Positions 1 through 9,785 of a DNA stretch of 64,000 nucleotides are shown here, piece by piece. Numbering within the stretch: the stretch's first letter is position 1; the number at the start of each line of letters is the position of its first letter. The stretch is from contig CALKIZ010000012.1 of the NCBI GenBank assembly GCA_937995735.1, positions 51,404 to 115,403 of the forward strand. Direction: 5' to 3'. The stretch is from an uncultured Neomegalonema sp. (GTDB lineage Bacteria > Pseudomonadota > Alphaproteobacteria > Rhodobacterales > Rhodobacteraceae). The notes under the pieces are model-generated. The model was not told where the DNA came from, made no database searches, and saw nothing but the letters and a program-made list of their open reading frames with translations. The position numbers and the translations under genes are program-made.

Positions 1-95
1 CGCGAGCCATACTTATTCGCATTGCGTTCGAGCAATTTCGGAAATGAATTCAAATTGTCAGGCAGCGCCGTTGATGGCGTTTGCGTGGTCGTCAC
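1..95 (-). CDS. AMP-dependent synthetase/ligase (acyl-CoA synthetase-like), N-terminal fragment running off the window
   Basis: Too short for the ORF track. Minus-strand GTG at 95-93 lies 6 nt after GGAGGA. The translation VTTTQTPSTALPDNLNSFPKLLERNANKYGSR resembles N-termini of AMP-binding ligases. It is divergent from the MerR gene. Confidence 0.35.
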   Translation of the reverse strand, partial: MTTTQTPSTALPDNLNSFPKLLERNANKYGS

Positions 96-296
96 GTTGT
101 ATCCTCCCCGTGCAACTCCGATCTTCGCCGGATGTCTGCGAATCAAAGTCTAGCCGAGATTCACCCACTTGTGTCATCCAAAAACAATCACAGACCGATT
201 ATTTACACGGTCAGATCAGAGAGACGCATCCGACTAAGCACTTACAGCGTCGGTAATTGTCGCACCTAATTGACTTTAACGTAAGATGCGTGAAGC

Positions 297-701
297 ATGA
301 TTTTGATGAGCAACGACACCTTCATTGGAATCACTGCACTCACGCAGGAATTCGGCGTGACGACACGGACTTTGCGTTTCTATGAGGATCGCAAACTGCT
401 TTCGCCGTTCCGACGTGGCCGCAAACGACTTTATCGGCCCCGTGACCGGATACGCCTGCGGCTTATTCTACGCGGTAAAAGGCTCGGTTTATCGCTGGAC
501 GAAATTGCTGAGATCATTGATCTTTATGACGAAACGTCAGGGCCACAAAAACAGATCGATAAATTGCTTGAGCGGATTGATGCGCGGCGGCAGGCATTGC
601 TATCTCAGCGTAAAGACATCGAAGATGCGCTGCGCGAACTGGCTACAGTAGAGGGCAAGGCAAAGGCTCATTTGACGACATTAAAAGTCGATGCAGAATA
701 A
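297..701 (+). CDS. MerR-family transcriptional regulator
   Basis: 134 aa. The N-terminal HTH (ITALTQEFGVTTRTLRFYEDRKLLSP) followed by a coiled-coil C-terminus is typical of MerR-family proteins. Confidence 0.85.
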   Translation: MILMSNDTFIGITALTQEFGVTTRTLRFYEDRKLLSPFRRGRKRLYRPRDRIRLRLILRGKRLGLSLDEIAEIIDLYDETSGPQKQIDKLLERIDARRQALLSQRKDIEDALRELATVEGKAKAHLTTLKVDAE

Positions 702-756
702 TCCTGCCTATTTACCCGCGTCGTAAAACCGCAAGACATGTCGGTATCCGCCTGTA

Positions 757-2103
757 GTGTTACGGGTGAACAGGAGTGACATCGTGGACAGCCCTTCGCA
801 TTATGCCGATACCCGAAAGATAACGCCCGGACTAAAGCCTGACGGCTCTCCTGATGACAATGACCGGATCGAAATCGGGCCGAGTCCGCTTGCCTTTGCC
901 GAATGGGAAGCGGCGGGCTTAACCGCCCCAAATCTCGACCGAATGCGCCGATTTCGTTGGGGGAAACTAGTCGCTGCGATCAATGCGCGCGGCTGGGGAG
1001 GGTTGCTGTTGTTTGATCCGCTCAACATCCGCTATGCGACTGATACAACCCATATGCAGCTCTGGAATACCCACAATCCGTTTCGCGCCACCTTTGTCGG
1101 AGCGGACGGTTATATGCTGATGTGGGAATATAAAGGTATCTCGTATCTCGCGGATTATAATCCGCTGGTCCGCGAAACGCGCGGCGGCGCGAGCATGTTC
1201 TATTTCTCAACCGGTGATTTCGGCGAGCAAATTGCCCATGATTTTGCCGGACAAATTGTCGACCTGCTGAACGAGCACGGCGGCGGCAATATGAAATGTG
1301 GCATCGACAAAATCATGCTGCACGGCGCGGATGCCTTGCGTGGCTTGGGCGTCGAGATCATGGACGGCGAGGAATGTACCGAGAAAACGCGAGCGGTGAA
1401 GGGCATCGACGAAATCAACGCGATGCGCTGCGCCATGCATTCCTGCGAAGCCTCAGTCGCCGCAATGGAAGCCGCCGTCGAACCCGGCATGACAGAAAAT
1501 GACGTTTGGGCCGTGCTGCACGCTGAGAACATCAAACGCGGAGGCGAATGGATTGAGACGCGCATCCTCTGTTCCGGTCCACGCACGAATCCTTGGTTTC
1601 AGGAATGTGGGCCGCGCGTTATCAGCGAAGGTGAATTGCTTGCCTTTGATACCGATTTGATCGGCTGTTACGGCCAATGCTGTGATATATCGCGAACATG
1701 GTTGGTTGGAGACGGTGACGCGACGCCAGAACAAAAGCGCCTTTACACCGAGGCCCATCGCCAAATCATCGATAATATGGCGCCGCTCGCACCGGGAAAA
1801 TCTTTCAAGGAGATCAGCTTTGGTGGACGCCCTATCCCCGAAGAATTTATTCCGCTGCGATACGGGTCCAAAATGCACGGCGTTGGCCTCTGCGATGAAT
1901 GGCCAAGCATCCGCTATGAGATGGATTGGCGCGCAGGCCAATACGATTACGAGTTAGAACCGGGGATGATGCTCTGCGTCGAAGCCTATGTCGGAGCGGT
2001 CGGCGGACACGAAGGCGTCAAACTCGAAGATCAGGTTTTGATTACCGAGGACGGTTTCGAAAACCTGACCACCTATCCTTGGGACGCGCGGTTGCTGGGC
2101 TGA
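757..2103 (+). CDS. dddP: M24 metallopeptidase-fold protein, DddP-like (candidate DMSP lyase)
   Basis: 448 aa ORF. The stretches DGSP.D.NR.EIGP..LAFAEW, FDPLNIRYATD.T.MQLWNTHNPFRA, GGEWIETR, GPR.NPWFQECGPR and KLEDQVLITEDG.ENLT match my recollection of DddP. An alternative GTG start at 784 has an AGGAG 7 nt upstream. Confidence 0.65.
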   Translation: MLRVNRSDIVDSPSHYADTRKITPGLKPDGSPDDNDRIEIGPSPLAFAEWEAAGLTAPNLDRMRRFRWGKLVAAINARGWGGLLLFDPLNIRYATDTTHMQLWNTHNPFRATFVGADGYMLMWEYKGISYLADYNPLVRETRGGASMFYFSTGDFGEQIAHDFAGQIVDLLNEHGGGNMKCGIDKIMLHGADALRGLGVEIMDGEECTEKTRAVKGIDEINAMRCAMHSCEASVAAMEAAVEPGMTENDVWAVLHAENIKRGGEWIETRILCSGPRTNPWFQECGPRVISEGELLAFDTDLIGCYGQCCDISRTWLVGDGDATPEQKRLYTEAHRQIIDNMAPLAPGKSFKEISFGGRPIPEEFIPLRYGSKMHGVGLCDEWPSIRYEMDWRAGQYDYELEPGMMLCVEAYVGAVGGHEGVKLEDQVLITEDGFENLTTYPWDARLLG

Positions 2104-3363
2104 TTAGAGCCAGCTGATCAGCAACGCCAACGCCGCCGATATGCCGAGGACGCTCGCAACGCTCCAATGCCTGATGAGCAACAGCCACCCGCTTACACAG
2201 GCAATCAGGACAACCCGCCAATCCAGCGTTAAAAGATCTGGAACCCAGAGGGTGAATGGACCTGTTTCTATCCGCGCAACCTCAGCAAAAAATACATGCA
2301 AAGCAAACCACAATGCGAGGTTCGCGATGCCCCCCACAACTGCTGCCGTAATCGCATTCAGCGCACCCCGAAGTCGTGGCTGCGCGTTGATCCATTCAAC
2401 GTAAGGGGCAGCGGCGAAAATCCACAAGAAACACGGTGCAAAAGTCGCCCACAGCGCAACGCAAGCTCCAGCAATGCCAAATGCAAGACCGCCAGCATTA
2501 TACGCCGCCGTATAACCAACAAACTCAGTCACAAGGATCAACGGTCCGGGGGTCGTTTCTGCCAAGCCCAGACCATCCATCATCTGACCCGCTTCAAGCC
2601 AACCATATCCCGTGACAACATCCTGCCCCATATAGGCAAGCACTGCATAAGCACCCCCAAACGTCACAACGGCCAATTTTGAAAAGAACCATCCCAGCGC
2701 GGTCAATAAATGATCCGGCCCTAAAGCTGTGGCAATGCCGACCAGCGGAACGATCCAAACCGCAAGCCAAATTCCGATTGTGCGGAGTGTGCTCTGAACT
2801 GTCGCCACCACAACTGGCGATGCCTCGCTCGTTGCGCTGCTCACGCGCCAGAATCCGAAGAGCGCCGCCGCCAAAATAATCAACGGAAATGGCAAGGCCA
2901 AAAAGAAGATACCAATAAAAGCTAGGACAGCGATCACCCACGCTGCCTTGCCGGTCAAAGCACGCTTTGCAATCCGCAATAATGCCTCGATGACGATAAC
3001 AAGCACCGCCGCCTTCACACCGAGAAACAGCGCGGCAATTATCGGTACTTCACCAAAACTCGCATAGATCATCGAAAGCACAAGAACGACGACGGCCCCC
3101 GGCAAGACGAATGCTAACCCGGCTGCAAGCCCGCCGCGCACCCCGTGCAACCGCCATCCAGCATATGTCGCCAATTGCATCGCTTCCGGTCCGGGCAACA
3201 ACATGCAAAAGCTCAGGGCATTGAGATATTGTTGCTCGGTCAGCCAACCGCGTTCTTCGACGACCTCACGATGCATCAAAGCGATTTGAGCTGCTGGCCC
3301 TCCGAAAGAAAGAACCCCGATCCGCAGCCAAACCCGTAGCGCCTCGATAAAGCTCGGCGTCAT
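2104..3363 (-). CDS. chrA: chromate transporter ChrA
   Basis: 419 aa polytopic protein. The N-terminus LRIGVLSFGGPAAQIALMHREVVEERGWL..FCMLLPGPEA is the ChrA signature, repeated in the second half (VTFGGAYAVLAYM). Confidence 0.9.
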   Translation of the reverse strand: MTPSFIEALRVWLRIGVLSFGGPAAQIALMHREVVEERGWLTEQQYLNALSFCMLLPGPEAMQLATYAGWRLHGVRGGLAAGLAFVLPGAVVVLVLSMIYASFGEVPIIAALFLGVKAAVLVIVIEALLRIAKRALTGKAAWVIAVLAFIGIFFLALPFPLIILAAALFGFWRVSSATSEASPVVVATVQSTLRTIGIWLAVWIVPLVGIATALGPDHLLTALGWFFSKLAVVTFGGAYAVLAYMGQDVVTGYGWLEAGQMMDGLGLAETTPGPLILVTEFVGYTAAYNAGGLAFGIAGACVALWATFAPCFLWIFAAAPYVEWINAQPRLRGALNAITAAVVGGIANLALWFALHVFFAEVARIETGPFTLWVPDLLTLDWRVVLIACVSGWLLLIRHWSVASVLGISAALALLISWL

Positions 3364-4178
3364 GAACGCCCCGCATTGGTTAGCCAGTCGTGGCTTTCAT
3401 CTGCGGCATCACGCACCCAACGATAAAGCGCATCATAAAGCTGCATTCCAGCCTCAAGCTGTTCAAGATCATCGCGGTACATACGTGACAAGCCAAGCGA
3501 AACAGCCAGCAATCCAGCAACCTCCGGCGCGAGGTCGTGGCGATTTGTGTCCGCCCCCCGGATAATTGTCGCAAGCCTGTCTAATACTGGAAGTGAGAGG
3601 CCAAATTCCTGCAAGAATGTATCAAAGCTACAGTTCTGGTCGCGGTGCGAAAATTTGACATCCTCGACATCGAACGGAGTCGCGGCAAACTTCTCAGCGA
3701 CGAGCATGACATCCTGAGGCGGGACGAACAAAAACCGAGCACGAGGATCTATAAAACGCCGGATCAACCACGGGCAGGCAATTCTATCGATTTTGGGACG
3801 ATGGCGTGTGACCCAGACGGTACGACCTTCGCTATCAAACGGCGGAAAAGTGGCTGCATCAATCATGGGCAAGCCAGCATCACGCCACGCAAATTGTCCT
3901 CCCGCAACAGTCTCGGCACGAAACCCATTCGCGCGCAAAATCGCCGCTGCGCCTTGCGAAATTTTACGGCCCTTTTGACAATAGACCGCGATAAGCCCGC
4001 CGCCAGACTTCAGAGGTAAAGTGTCCAAATCGGTGTGTGCATGACGGAAAGCGCCGGGGATCAGGCGCGGATCATCCTCGAAGTCTTCATCAATACGAAG
4101 ATCGACCAGTACCGGCGCAGAGGGTGTTCCGATTAAACGGCTGAGTTGAGCGGGAGTGATTTCATTGGGAGACGGCAT
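3360..4178 (-). CDS. rhodanese domain fused to a ChrB C-terminal-like chromate-resistance domain
   Basis: 272 aa. The N-terminal ~100 aa are rhodanese-like with a candidate active-site loop (CQKGRKIS). The C-terminal part (VWVTRHRPKIDRIACPWLIRRFIDP) resembles ChrB_C. A 4-nt overlap joins it to chrA. Confidence 0.65.
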   Translation of the reverse strand: MPSPNEITPAQLSRLIGTPSAPVLVDLRIDEDFEDDPRLIPGAFRHAHTDLDTLPLKSGGGLIAVYCQKGRKISQGAAAILRANGFRAETVAGGQFAWRDAGLPMIDAATFPPFDSEGRTVWVTRHRPKIDRIACPWLIRRFIDPRARFLFVPPQDVMLVAEKFAATPFDVEDVKFSHRDQNCSFDTFLQEFGLSLPVLDRLATIIRGADTNRHDLAPEVAGLLAVSLGLSRMYRDDLEQLEAGMQLYDALYRWVRDAADESHDWLTNAGRS

Positions 4179-4350
4179 GTAAATAGCATCCTCAAAGACC
4201 CATTAACGGGCGGTTGCGGGATGCGATACTTGAGCCGGAGCCTCACGGGGCGCTCGCGAACCCCATGCGATTAGATTGCCAGAACCAAAACAAAGGAGTC
4301 AATCCAATAGCAGAAAAATCACATCACCGCCCGCTCCGCAGGGCATCTCA

Positions 4351-4983
4351 TCATCCTATCTCGGGAAAGACAGATTCCGGGCGGTACGTGTCAAAGCTGG
4401 AAAGCGTTTGATTGTTACATTCCGTTTGCCAATGCGACCCCGGAACGACCGCGCTGAAACATTTATAGGCATCCCGATACTTCTGAGTGCGCTCATTTTC
4501 TTCGATTGCGACCGCGAGCAAACCGGCAACAACACCCTTTTGACGCTCTACCAAACGGATTGCGCCATCCATTGTTCCCCCCGTCTCAACCCATTGGTCA
4601 ACCAATAGAACGCGCGTACCGGGAGCAAATGCAGGCAATCGCATTTCCATGTCTTGTGTGCGGCCTGAGTAATTCGAGAAACTAACTTTGTCGGTATCCA
4701 CGCAAAGCTTACCGGCTTTTCGGATCGGCAAGAATCCCACACCAAGCTTTGCGGCAAGCGCCGATGCGAGAACAAATCCCATTGCGTCCAAGCCTGCAAC
4801 AACGTCACATTCACAGCCTTTCAGATCGGCAACCAAATCATCAAGCAGATCATGAAAAGCATTGTTGTTGATGTAGATTGATGTCGGGTCGAGCCATGCA
4901 AACTTGTCGCCTTTCGTGTTTGGCGACATCAATTTCAGATACCAGCGGTCATCTCGTGGTCCTTTGTCGGTTGGCGCAGTCAT
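4351..4983 (-). CDS. type I phosphoribosyltransferase-fold protein (APRT-like)
   Basis: 210 aa. It carries a PRPP-loop-like motif VLLVDQWVETGGT and has an APRT-like layout. It overlaps the upstream gene by 4 nt. Confidence 0.6.
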   Translation of the reverse strand: MTAPTDKGPRDDRWYLKLMSPNTKGDKFAWLDPTSIYINNNAFHDLLDDLVADLKGCECDVVAGLDAMGFVLASALAAKLGVGFLPIRKAGKLCVDTDKVSFSNYSGRTQDMEMRLPAFAPGTRVLLVDQWVETGGTMDGAIRLVERQKGVVAGLLAVAIEENERTQKYRDAYKCFSAVVPGSHWQTECNNQTLSSFDTYRPESVFPEIG

Positions 4984-5732
4984 CCCAGTCTTCCCTCTGC
5001 TCCGAGCTGGCGCGTTTTCGCCAACAGTTTCTTCAATAGATCGGTATCAATGTCGTAGAAATTACCCGGTTGACTGATCCCCGTTGCAACCATGAAACAA
5101 TCGACATGCGCATAACGATCGGCATTATCTGGAGTCACACCCGATGCGAGAGCCAGCGGTGTCGATCCGATGGCTTCACGAAAAATACTCACCTTAGTAT
5201 CATCTGCCTCTTCACCGGTTGCGATACCCGAAGTGGTAACAACATCCATCCACTCGGTTGCAATTCGTGCTGATTCTCCCAAATCCGCATCGGCAACAGG
5301 GCGTTGTTTCTTGAAGGCCGTGCCGCCAAAATAAAGCCCGGACCAGCCGCTTTCGACGCGGACACGCTGAATCTCCTCGGCCTCTTCTTGCGCTGAAACA
5401 CGCTCATCAATCCGCGCATCATCTGCCCAATAAGCATCCACAGAACACCCATCTGACTCAAGCCTGCCGAGTATCGGAAAGGCATCACGGCCAGTGACTG
5501 CCAAAAAGTTCAAGCCCATCCAAAGTGAAGGAAATTGCGCGCGCACATCGCGGATAATCGGTTCAAACTGGTCAATACCAAAGTCATGATTGATCAAAAA
5601 GCACCCTGCCGCACCCGCTTCCACTATTCCTTCTATGTTATGAATGGTGCGGGGTGTGTCGAGCACATGAATAACTGGGAGAACAACCGGCCCCGGCGAC
5701 TTAAAAAACTCGTGAAATTCGTCTCTGTTCAT
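4980..5732 (-). CDS. uncharacterised protein, possibly a BtpA/SgcQ-like TIM barrel
   Basis: 250 aa. The N-terminal VVLPVIHV...GAAGCFLINH pattern is reminiscent of BtpA-family proteins. The family call is weak. It is translationally coupled to the PRTase gene. Confidence 0.35.
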   Translation of the reverse strand: MNRDEFHEFFKSPGPVVLPVIHVLDTPRTIHNIEGIVEAGAAGCFLINHDFGIDQFEPIIRDVRAQFPSLWMGLNFLAVTGRDAFPILGRLESDGCSVDAYWADDARIDERVSAQEEAEEIQRVRVESGWSGLYFGGTAFKKQRPVADADLGESARIATEWMDVVTTSGIATGEEADDTKVSIFREAIGSTPLALASGVTPDNADRYAHVDCFMVATGISQPGNFYDIDTDLLKKLLAKTRQLGAEGRLG

Positions 5733-5890
5733 TTTTCAAGCATACCGCTGCCAATAATTCATGCAACATTACATAGGAATAGAGCTTGGCACAGGGTCAA
5801 TTCGCTGTCTAAGCTCATCGAAAGAGCGACTGGCAGGCTCAAGCCTTGCGGACAACCATAGCTCATAAAGTTACACGGGGAGAAAACGAC

Positions 5891-7027
5891 ATGACTAAAG
5901 GGACATCCGGCGAGACGCTCGCCCTCACAAAACGGACGCTGCTGCAAACCAGTGCTGCCGCTGTACTATCCGCGCCTTTCGTGAATCGCGCTTGGGCGGA
6001 TACCGTAGAGCTGAACATGCTCGGTTGGTATGGAACGGCAGAACCCGACATGGTTGGGGCTTTTGAAGAAGCAAACAATGTTAAGTTTGTTCCCAAGTAT
6101 TACGCTGGCGGTGACAACATGCTGGCCGCCCTCGCGCAGAACCCTCCGGGCACATTCGACATCATCCATACCGACGCCGAATATGCAAAACTGCTAATCG
6201 CAAACGAATTGGTCATGGAGCTGAACCCGGACGATTATCCGATGGATGATCTTCTCCACGAAGATTTCGCGAAGTTTGCCGGTCACTGGGATGATGACGG
6301 CAATCTCTTTTCACTGATCTCGCGCTTCGGACATCTTGGGGTGTCTTACAACAAAGATGCGTTGAGCGAAAAAGAAGCATCGAGTTACGACTCGTTCTGG
6401 ATGCCAAAGCTAAAAGGCAAAGTCGGACATTTTGACTGGCATCTGCCATCGCTCGGCCAGATGAGCTTGCTCGCAGGCAACGCTAATCCGTTTGATATTG
6501 ACGATGATGCATGGGAAGCGGTGCAAGAAAAAACCATGTCCCTGAAACCGCAAGTCGGTGGCTATTTCGACTTCGGCGGCACTTTTGCCGGACTGAAGAA
6601 CGGCGAGATGCTAGCAATGTGCGGCATCGGTGATTGGGTCACGGGCATTCTGGAACGCGACGGCGCGCCGGTGTCTTCCGTTGTACCGGAAGAAGGCGGC
6701 ATCCAATGGACTGAAAGCTATTCCATTGTGAAAACGTCTGAGAAAAAAGACATGGCGCTGAAATATCTCGCCTACACAATGTCTCCAGAAGGACAAGTGA
6801 AAACCGCTCAGATGCTTGGATATCCGGGGCATTGCGTGACCGGCGCTGGTCGTGCGCTGCTTCAGAAAGAAGACGAAGCAGAGGCGAAACGCTCGGGTCA
6901 AATTAAGGGCCATAAAAACGAGCCGATTGCCCTGATCGACGACGGGCGTATCTCTTACCGCGACATTCCGGTTCAACAAGATTTGGAAGACTGGAACGAT
7001 TTCTGGTCCGAATATAAGAACGCTTAA
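5891..7027 (+). CDS. ABC transporter periplasmic substrate-binding protein (PotD/PotF-like)
   Basis: I chose the ATG at 5891, inside the 5846 ORF. It has a signal-peptide-like N-terminus ending VNRAWA. It is followed by two permease genes and a PotA-like ATPase gene. Confidence 0.75.
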   Translation: MTKGTSGETLALTKRTLLQTSAAAVLSAPFVNRAWADTVELNMLGWYGTAEPDMVGAFEEANNVKFVPKYYAGGDNMLAALAQNPPGTFDIIHTDAEYAKLLIANELVMELNPDDYPMDDLLHEDFAKFAGHWDDDGNLFSLISRFGHLGVSYNKDALSEKEASSYDSFWMPKLKGKVGHFDWHLPSLGQMSLLAGNANPFDIDDDAWEAVQEKTMSLKPQVGGYFDFGGTFAGLKNGEMLAMCGIGDWVTGILERDGAPVSSVVPEEGGIQWTESYSIVKTSEKKDMALKYLAYTMSPEGQVKTAQMLGYPGHCVTGAGRALLQKEDEAEAKRSGQIKGHKNEPIALIDDGRISYRDIPVQQDLEDWNDFWSEYKNA

Positions 7028-7060
7028 TCCTGTGAATAACGAGAAAAGGCGGCGTCCTTG

Positions 7061-7906
7061 ATGCGCCGCCTGAATGCCTATGCCCTGACATTTCGTCTGC
7101 CAATCATCATTTGGCAGGCAATCTTTTTTATTGGCCCGCTGTTCTTCATGATCGCGATGTCATTCTTCCTCGTGAAGAATTATCGCATGGTCGAAGCGTT
7201 CGAGTTCAAGAACTGGGACAAAATGCTCTCCCGGAACTATGTGTGGGACAGCTATTGGTACACACTCGGGTTGGCCGCACTATCATCCGCAGTCGCTTCA
7301 CTGGTCGCGTTTCCCGCCGCATTCGCATTAGCATACCGGTCTTCTGAATCGGTCAGACGATGGGCCATCTTTCTGCTGATTATTCCATTTTTCACCAGTT
7401 ATCTGGTGCGGACATTTTCATGGTACGTGATCCTTGCCGAGTCCGGCGTAATTAATGCCGGATTGGGATATATTGGCCTCGGTCCCTACACGATGCTCAA
7501 CACGATGTTCGGGACGATTGTCGGATATATGACCCTGACATTGCCCTTGGTCGTTATTCTGCAAACAGTGTCGCTGGCGAGTGCGGACCGCTCGCTGATC
7601 CAAGCATCACAAAATCTGGGTTGCCCGCCATGGCGCACGATTTTTGCGGTTATATTACCCGCCGCAAAAACCGGATTGATCGTAGCCGCGCTTTTCGCGT
7701 TCATCTTGTCATTCGGCGACTTTGTTGCGCCCTATTACCTCGGTGGGTCTAAGCCACCGACCCTACCAATCTTAATCATTGATACGACAAAAGCCGGACA
7801 GCAATGGCCGCGCGCAGCCGTTGTTGCCGTGATCATGATGGTGACATTGTTTGTCGTTGCCTTCACCGCGATCTTTTTGGCCTATCGCAAGCGGGGGAGC
7901 AAATGA
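7061..7906 (+). CDS. ABC transporter permease (PotB-like)
   Basis: Six-TM protein of about 280 aa. The stop overlaps the next start (ATGA at 7903-7906). Confidence 0.8.
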   Translation: MRRLNAYALTFRLPIIIWQAIFFIGPLFFMIAMSFFLVKNYRMVEAFEFKNWDKMLSRNYVWDSYWYTLGLAALSSAVASLVAFPAAFALAYRSSESVRRWAIFLLIIPFFTSYLVRTFSWYVILAESGVINAGLGYIGLGPYTMLNTMFGTIVGYMTLTLPLVVILQTVSLASADRSLIQASQNLGCPPWRTIFAVILPAAKTGLIVAALFAFILSFGDFVAPYYLGGSKPPTLPILIIDTTKAGQQWPRAAVVAVIMMVTLFVVAFTAIFLAYRKRGSK

Positions 7907-8697
7907 GTATGCGAACCAGCGATTGGGCGCTGCGTGGATATGTGCTGTTGGTTTTTGTCTTCGTGTTCTCGCCCGTCGTGATGAGTATGATTTTCTCATT
8001 CAACTCGGATCGTTTTCCGACTATTCCTCTCGGCGGATTTACAACGCATTGGTATGAGACAATCTTTGCCGACGAAGATTTTTGGAAAGCCGCACAAAAC
8101 AGTTTGATTGTGTCTCTCTGTGCATCGCTGATCGCAACCTTCCTAGGGTTCTGCACTGCTTATTCCGACTATCGCTATACATTTCGCGGTCAAGGTGCGT
8201 ATCTCGGGATTATCTTGCTACCACCAACCATCCCATTGATCATCATGGCGCTTGCCATGCTCGCATGGTTCTCGAAAGTCGGCATATCGGGGCAAGTTTA
8301 TTCGATCATCTTTGCACACACCGTCCTTACTGCTCCCTTTGCCATGGCGATCATTAGATTGCGGCTCAACCAAATGGATGAAAGTTTAGAGGCCGCCGCT
8401 TGGAACCTTGGCGCAAGTGAATGGCGCGCAATGCGCGAAGTTATTCTTCCGTTTTGCTTACCCGCGATTGTCAGTTCGTTGTTTCTAACAGCCGCCGTTT
8501 CATTCGATGAATTTACGGTGGCTTGGTTTGTCTCTGGCTTGAATAAGACACTGCCAGTGCATGTGCTCGAAATCGTGCAAGGGACCATTGATCCACAAGT
8601 CAATGCAGTCGGGACATTAGTTTTTCTCGTCTCGATGACACTGGTGATCATAGCTCAACTCGCCATCTTCTTTCGACTGAACCGGAGTGCCAAATGA
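7903..8697 (+). CDS. ABC transporter permease (PotC-like)
   Basis: The in-frame ATG at 7903 (MSMRTSDWALRGYVLL...) avoids the out-of-frame overlap implied by the 7804 ORF start. It is a polytopic protein containing an EAA-like loop. Confidence 0.8.
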   Translation: MSMRTSDWALRGYVLLVFVFVFSPVVMSMIFSFNSDRFPTIPLGGFTTHWYETIFADEDFWKAAQNSLIVSLCASLIATFLGFCTAYSDYRYTFRGQGAYLGIILLPPTIPLIIMALAMLAWFSKVGISGQVYSIIFAHTVLTAPFAMAIIRLRLNQMDESLEAAAWNLGASEWRAMREVILPFCLPAIVSSLFLTAAVSFDEFTVAWFVSGLNKTLPVHVLEIVQGTIDPQVNAVGTLVFLVSMTLVIIAQLAIFFRLNRSAK

Positions 8698-9785
8698 ACG
8701 AACCATTGGTCGTACTAGATGGCGTGCAGAAAAATTTCGGTGATTTTTTCGCCGTGAAACGTGCCGATCTGACGATTGAGGCGGGCGAGTTCATTGCCAT
8801 TATGGGACCATCCGGGTGCGGAAAAACAACGACGTTGCGGATGCTTGCAGGGTTGGAAGCGCCGAGCGCTGGTGACATCCGCATCGGCGGCAAGCGCATG
8901 AACGACGTGCCTCCACATCAGCGCGACACCCCAATGGTCTGGCAAAGCCTCGCCCTGTTCCCGTTTCTCAATGTCCGAGAGAATGTCGAGTTCGGTTTAA
9001 AAATGCGCGGTGTGAGTACAGCCGAACGACGACGGCGAGCGTTTGATTGGATTGAACGCCTCGAGATTGGCGAGTTTGCCGAGCGCAATATTGAGACGCT
9101 TTCGGGCGGACAAAAACAGCGCGTCGCTCTTGCGCGCTCACTGATAACAGAACCACAATTATTGTTGCTTGATGAGCCGCTTTCGGCGCTCGACGCACAT
9201 CTCGTCATCCGTATGCAAGGGGTGTTGGCCCGCCTGCAAAGAGAGTTGGGGATTACATTTGTCTATGTGACCCACTCTCACTCAGAGGCTTTCGCGATGG
9301 CGGACCGCGTCGTGATCATGTCGCAAGGCGAAATCGCGCAAATCGGAAACCCGCGCGAGATTTATCGCACCCCCGCCAATCGCTTCGTTGCGGAGTTTGT
9401 GGGCCGCAATAACATTCTCACCGGCACAATAGAAAGCTCAGATACAGACCAAGTGACGATAAACTCTGTTATCGGCAATTTTTCTGCACCGACAGAGGGC
9501 ATTCACCAAGAACCGGGAAGCCTCGCAAGCATCGTCATTGCGGCGGATATGGTACGGATAACCCGCGAAGCCACCGATGCAGAAAACACTGTCGTAGCGA
9601 CGTTGATTTCAGAAGAGTTCGTCGGCTCTATCGTCACGCTATTTCTGGAGGCAGCGGACGGGACCGAGTTCAAAGTACAACTACAAGAACGCGCGTTAAC
9701 GGACCTTGATGTTCATGCTGGCGGTCAGTTTCATCTAAGCTGGGCAACAGCCGACGCACATCTTTTGCCGGAGAATAACGGATGA
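8694..9785 (+). CDS. ABC transporter ATP-binding protein (PotA-like, with C-terminal regulatory domain)
   Basis: Walker A GPSGCGKTT, signature LSGGQKQR and Walker B LLLLDEP are present. The C-terminal extension of about 120 aa resembles a TOBE domain. Confidence 0.9.
   Translation: MNEPLVVLDGVQKNFGDFFAVKRADLTIEAGEFIAIMGPSGCGKTTTLRMLAGLEAPSAGDIRIGGKRMNDVPPHQRDTPMVWQSLALFPFLNVRENVEFGLKMRGVSTAERRRRAFDWIERLEIGEFAERNIETLSGGQKQRVALARSLITEPQLLLLDEPLSALDAHLVIRMQGVLARLQRELGITFVYVTHSHSEAFAMADRVVIMSQGEIAQIGNPREIYRTPANRFVAEFVGRNNILTGTIESSDTDQVTINSVIGNFSAPTEGIHQEPGSLASIVIAADMVRITREATDAENTVVATLISEEFVGSIVTLFLEAADGTEFKVQLQERALTDLDVHAGGQFHLSWATADAHLLPENNG

Noticed and set aside
241-296. Possible MerR operator palindrome upstream of the MerR gene
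   Set aside because: I saw only short imperfect inverted matches (CTTAC...GTAAG, TTGACTTTAACGTAAG). I could not define a convincing dyad or a 19-bp-spacer promoter.
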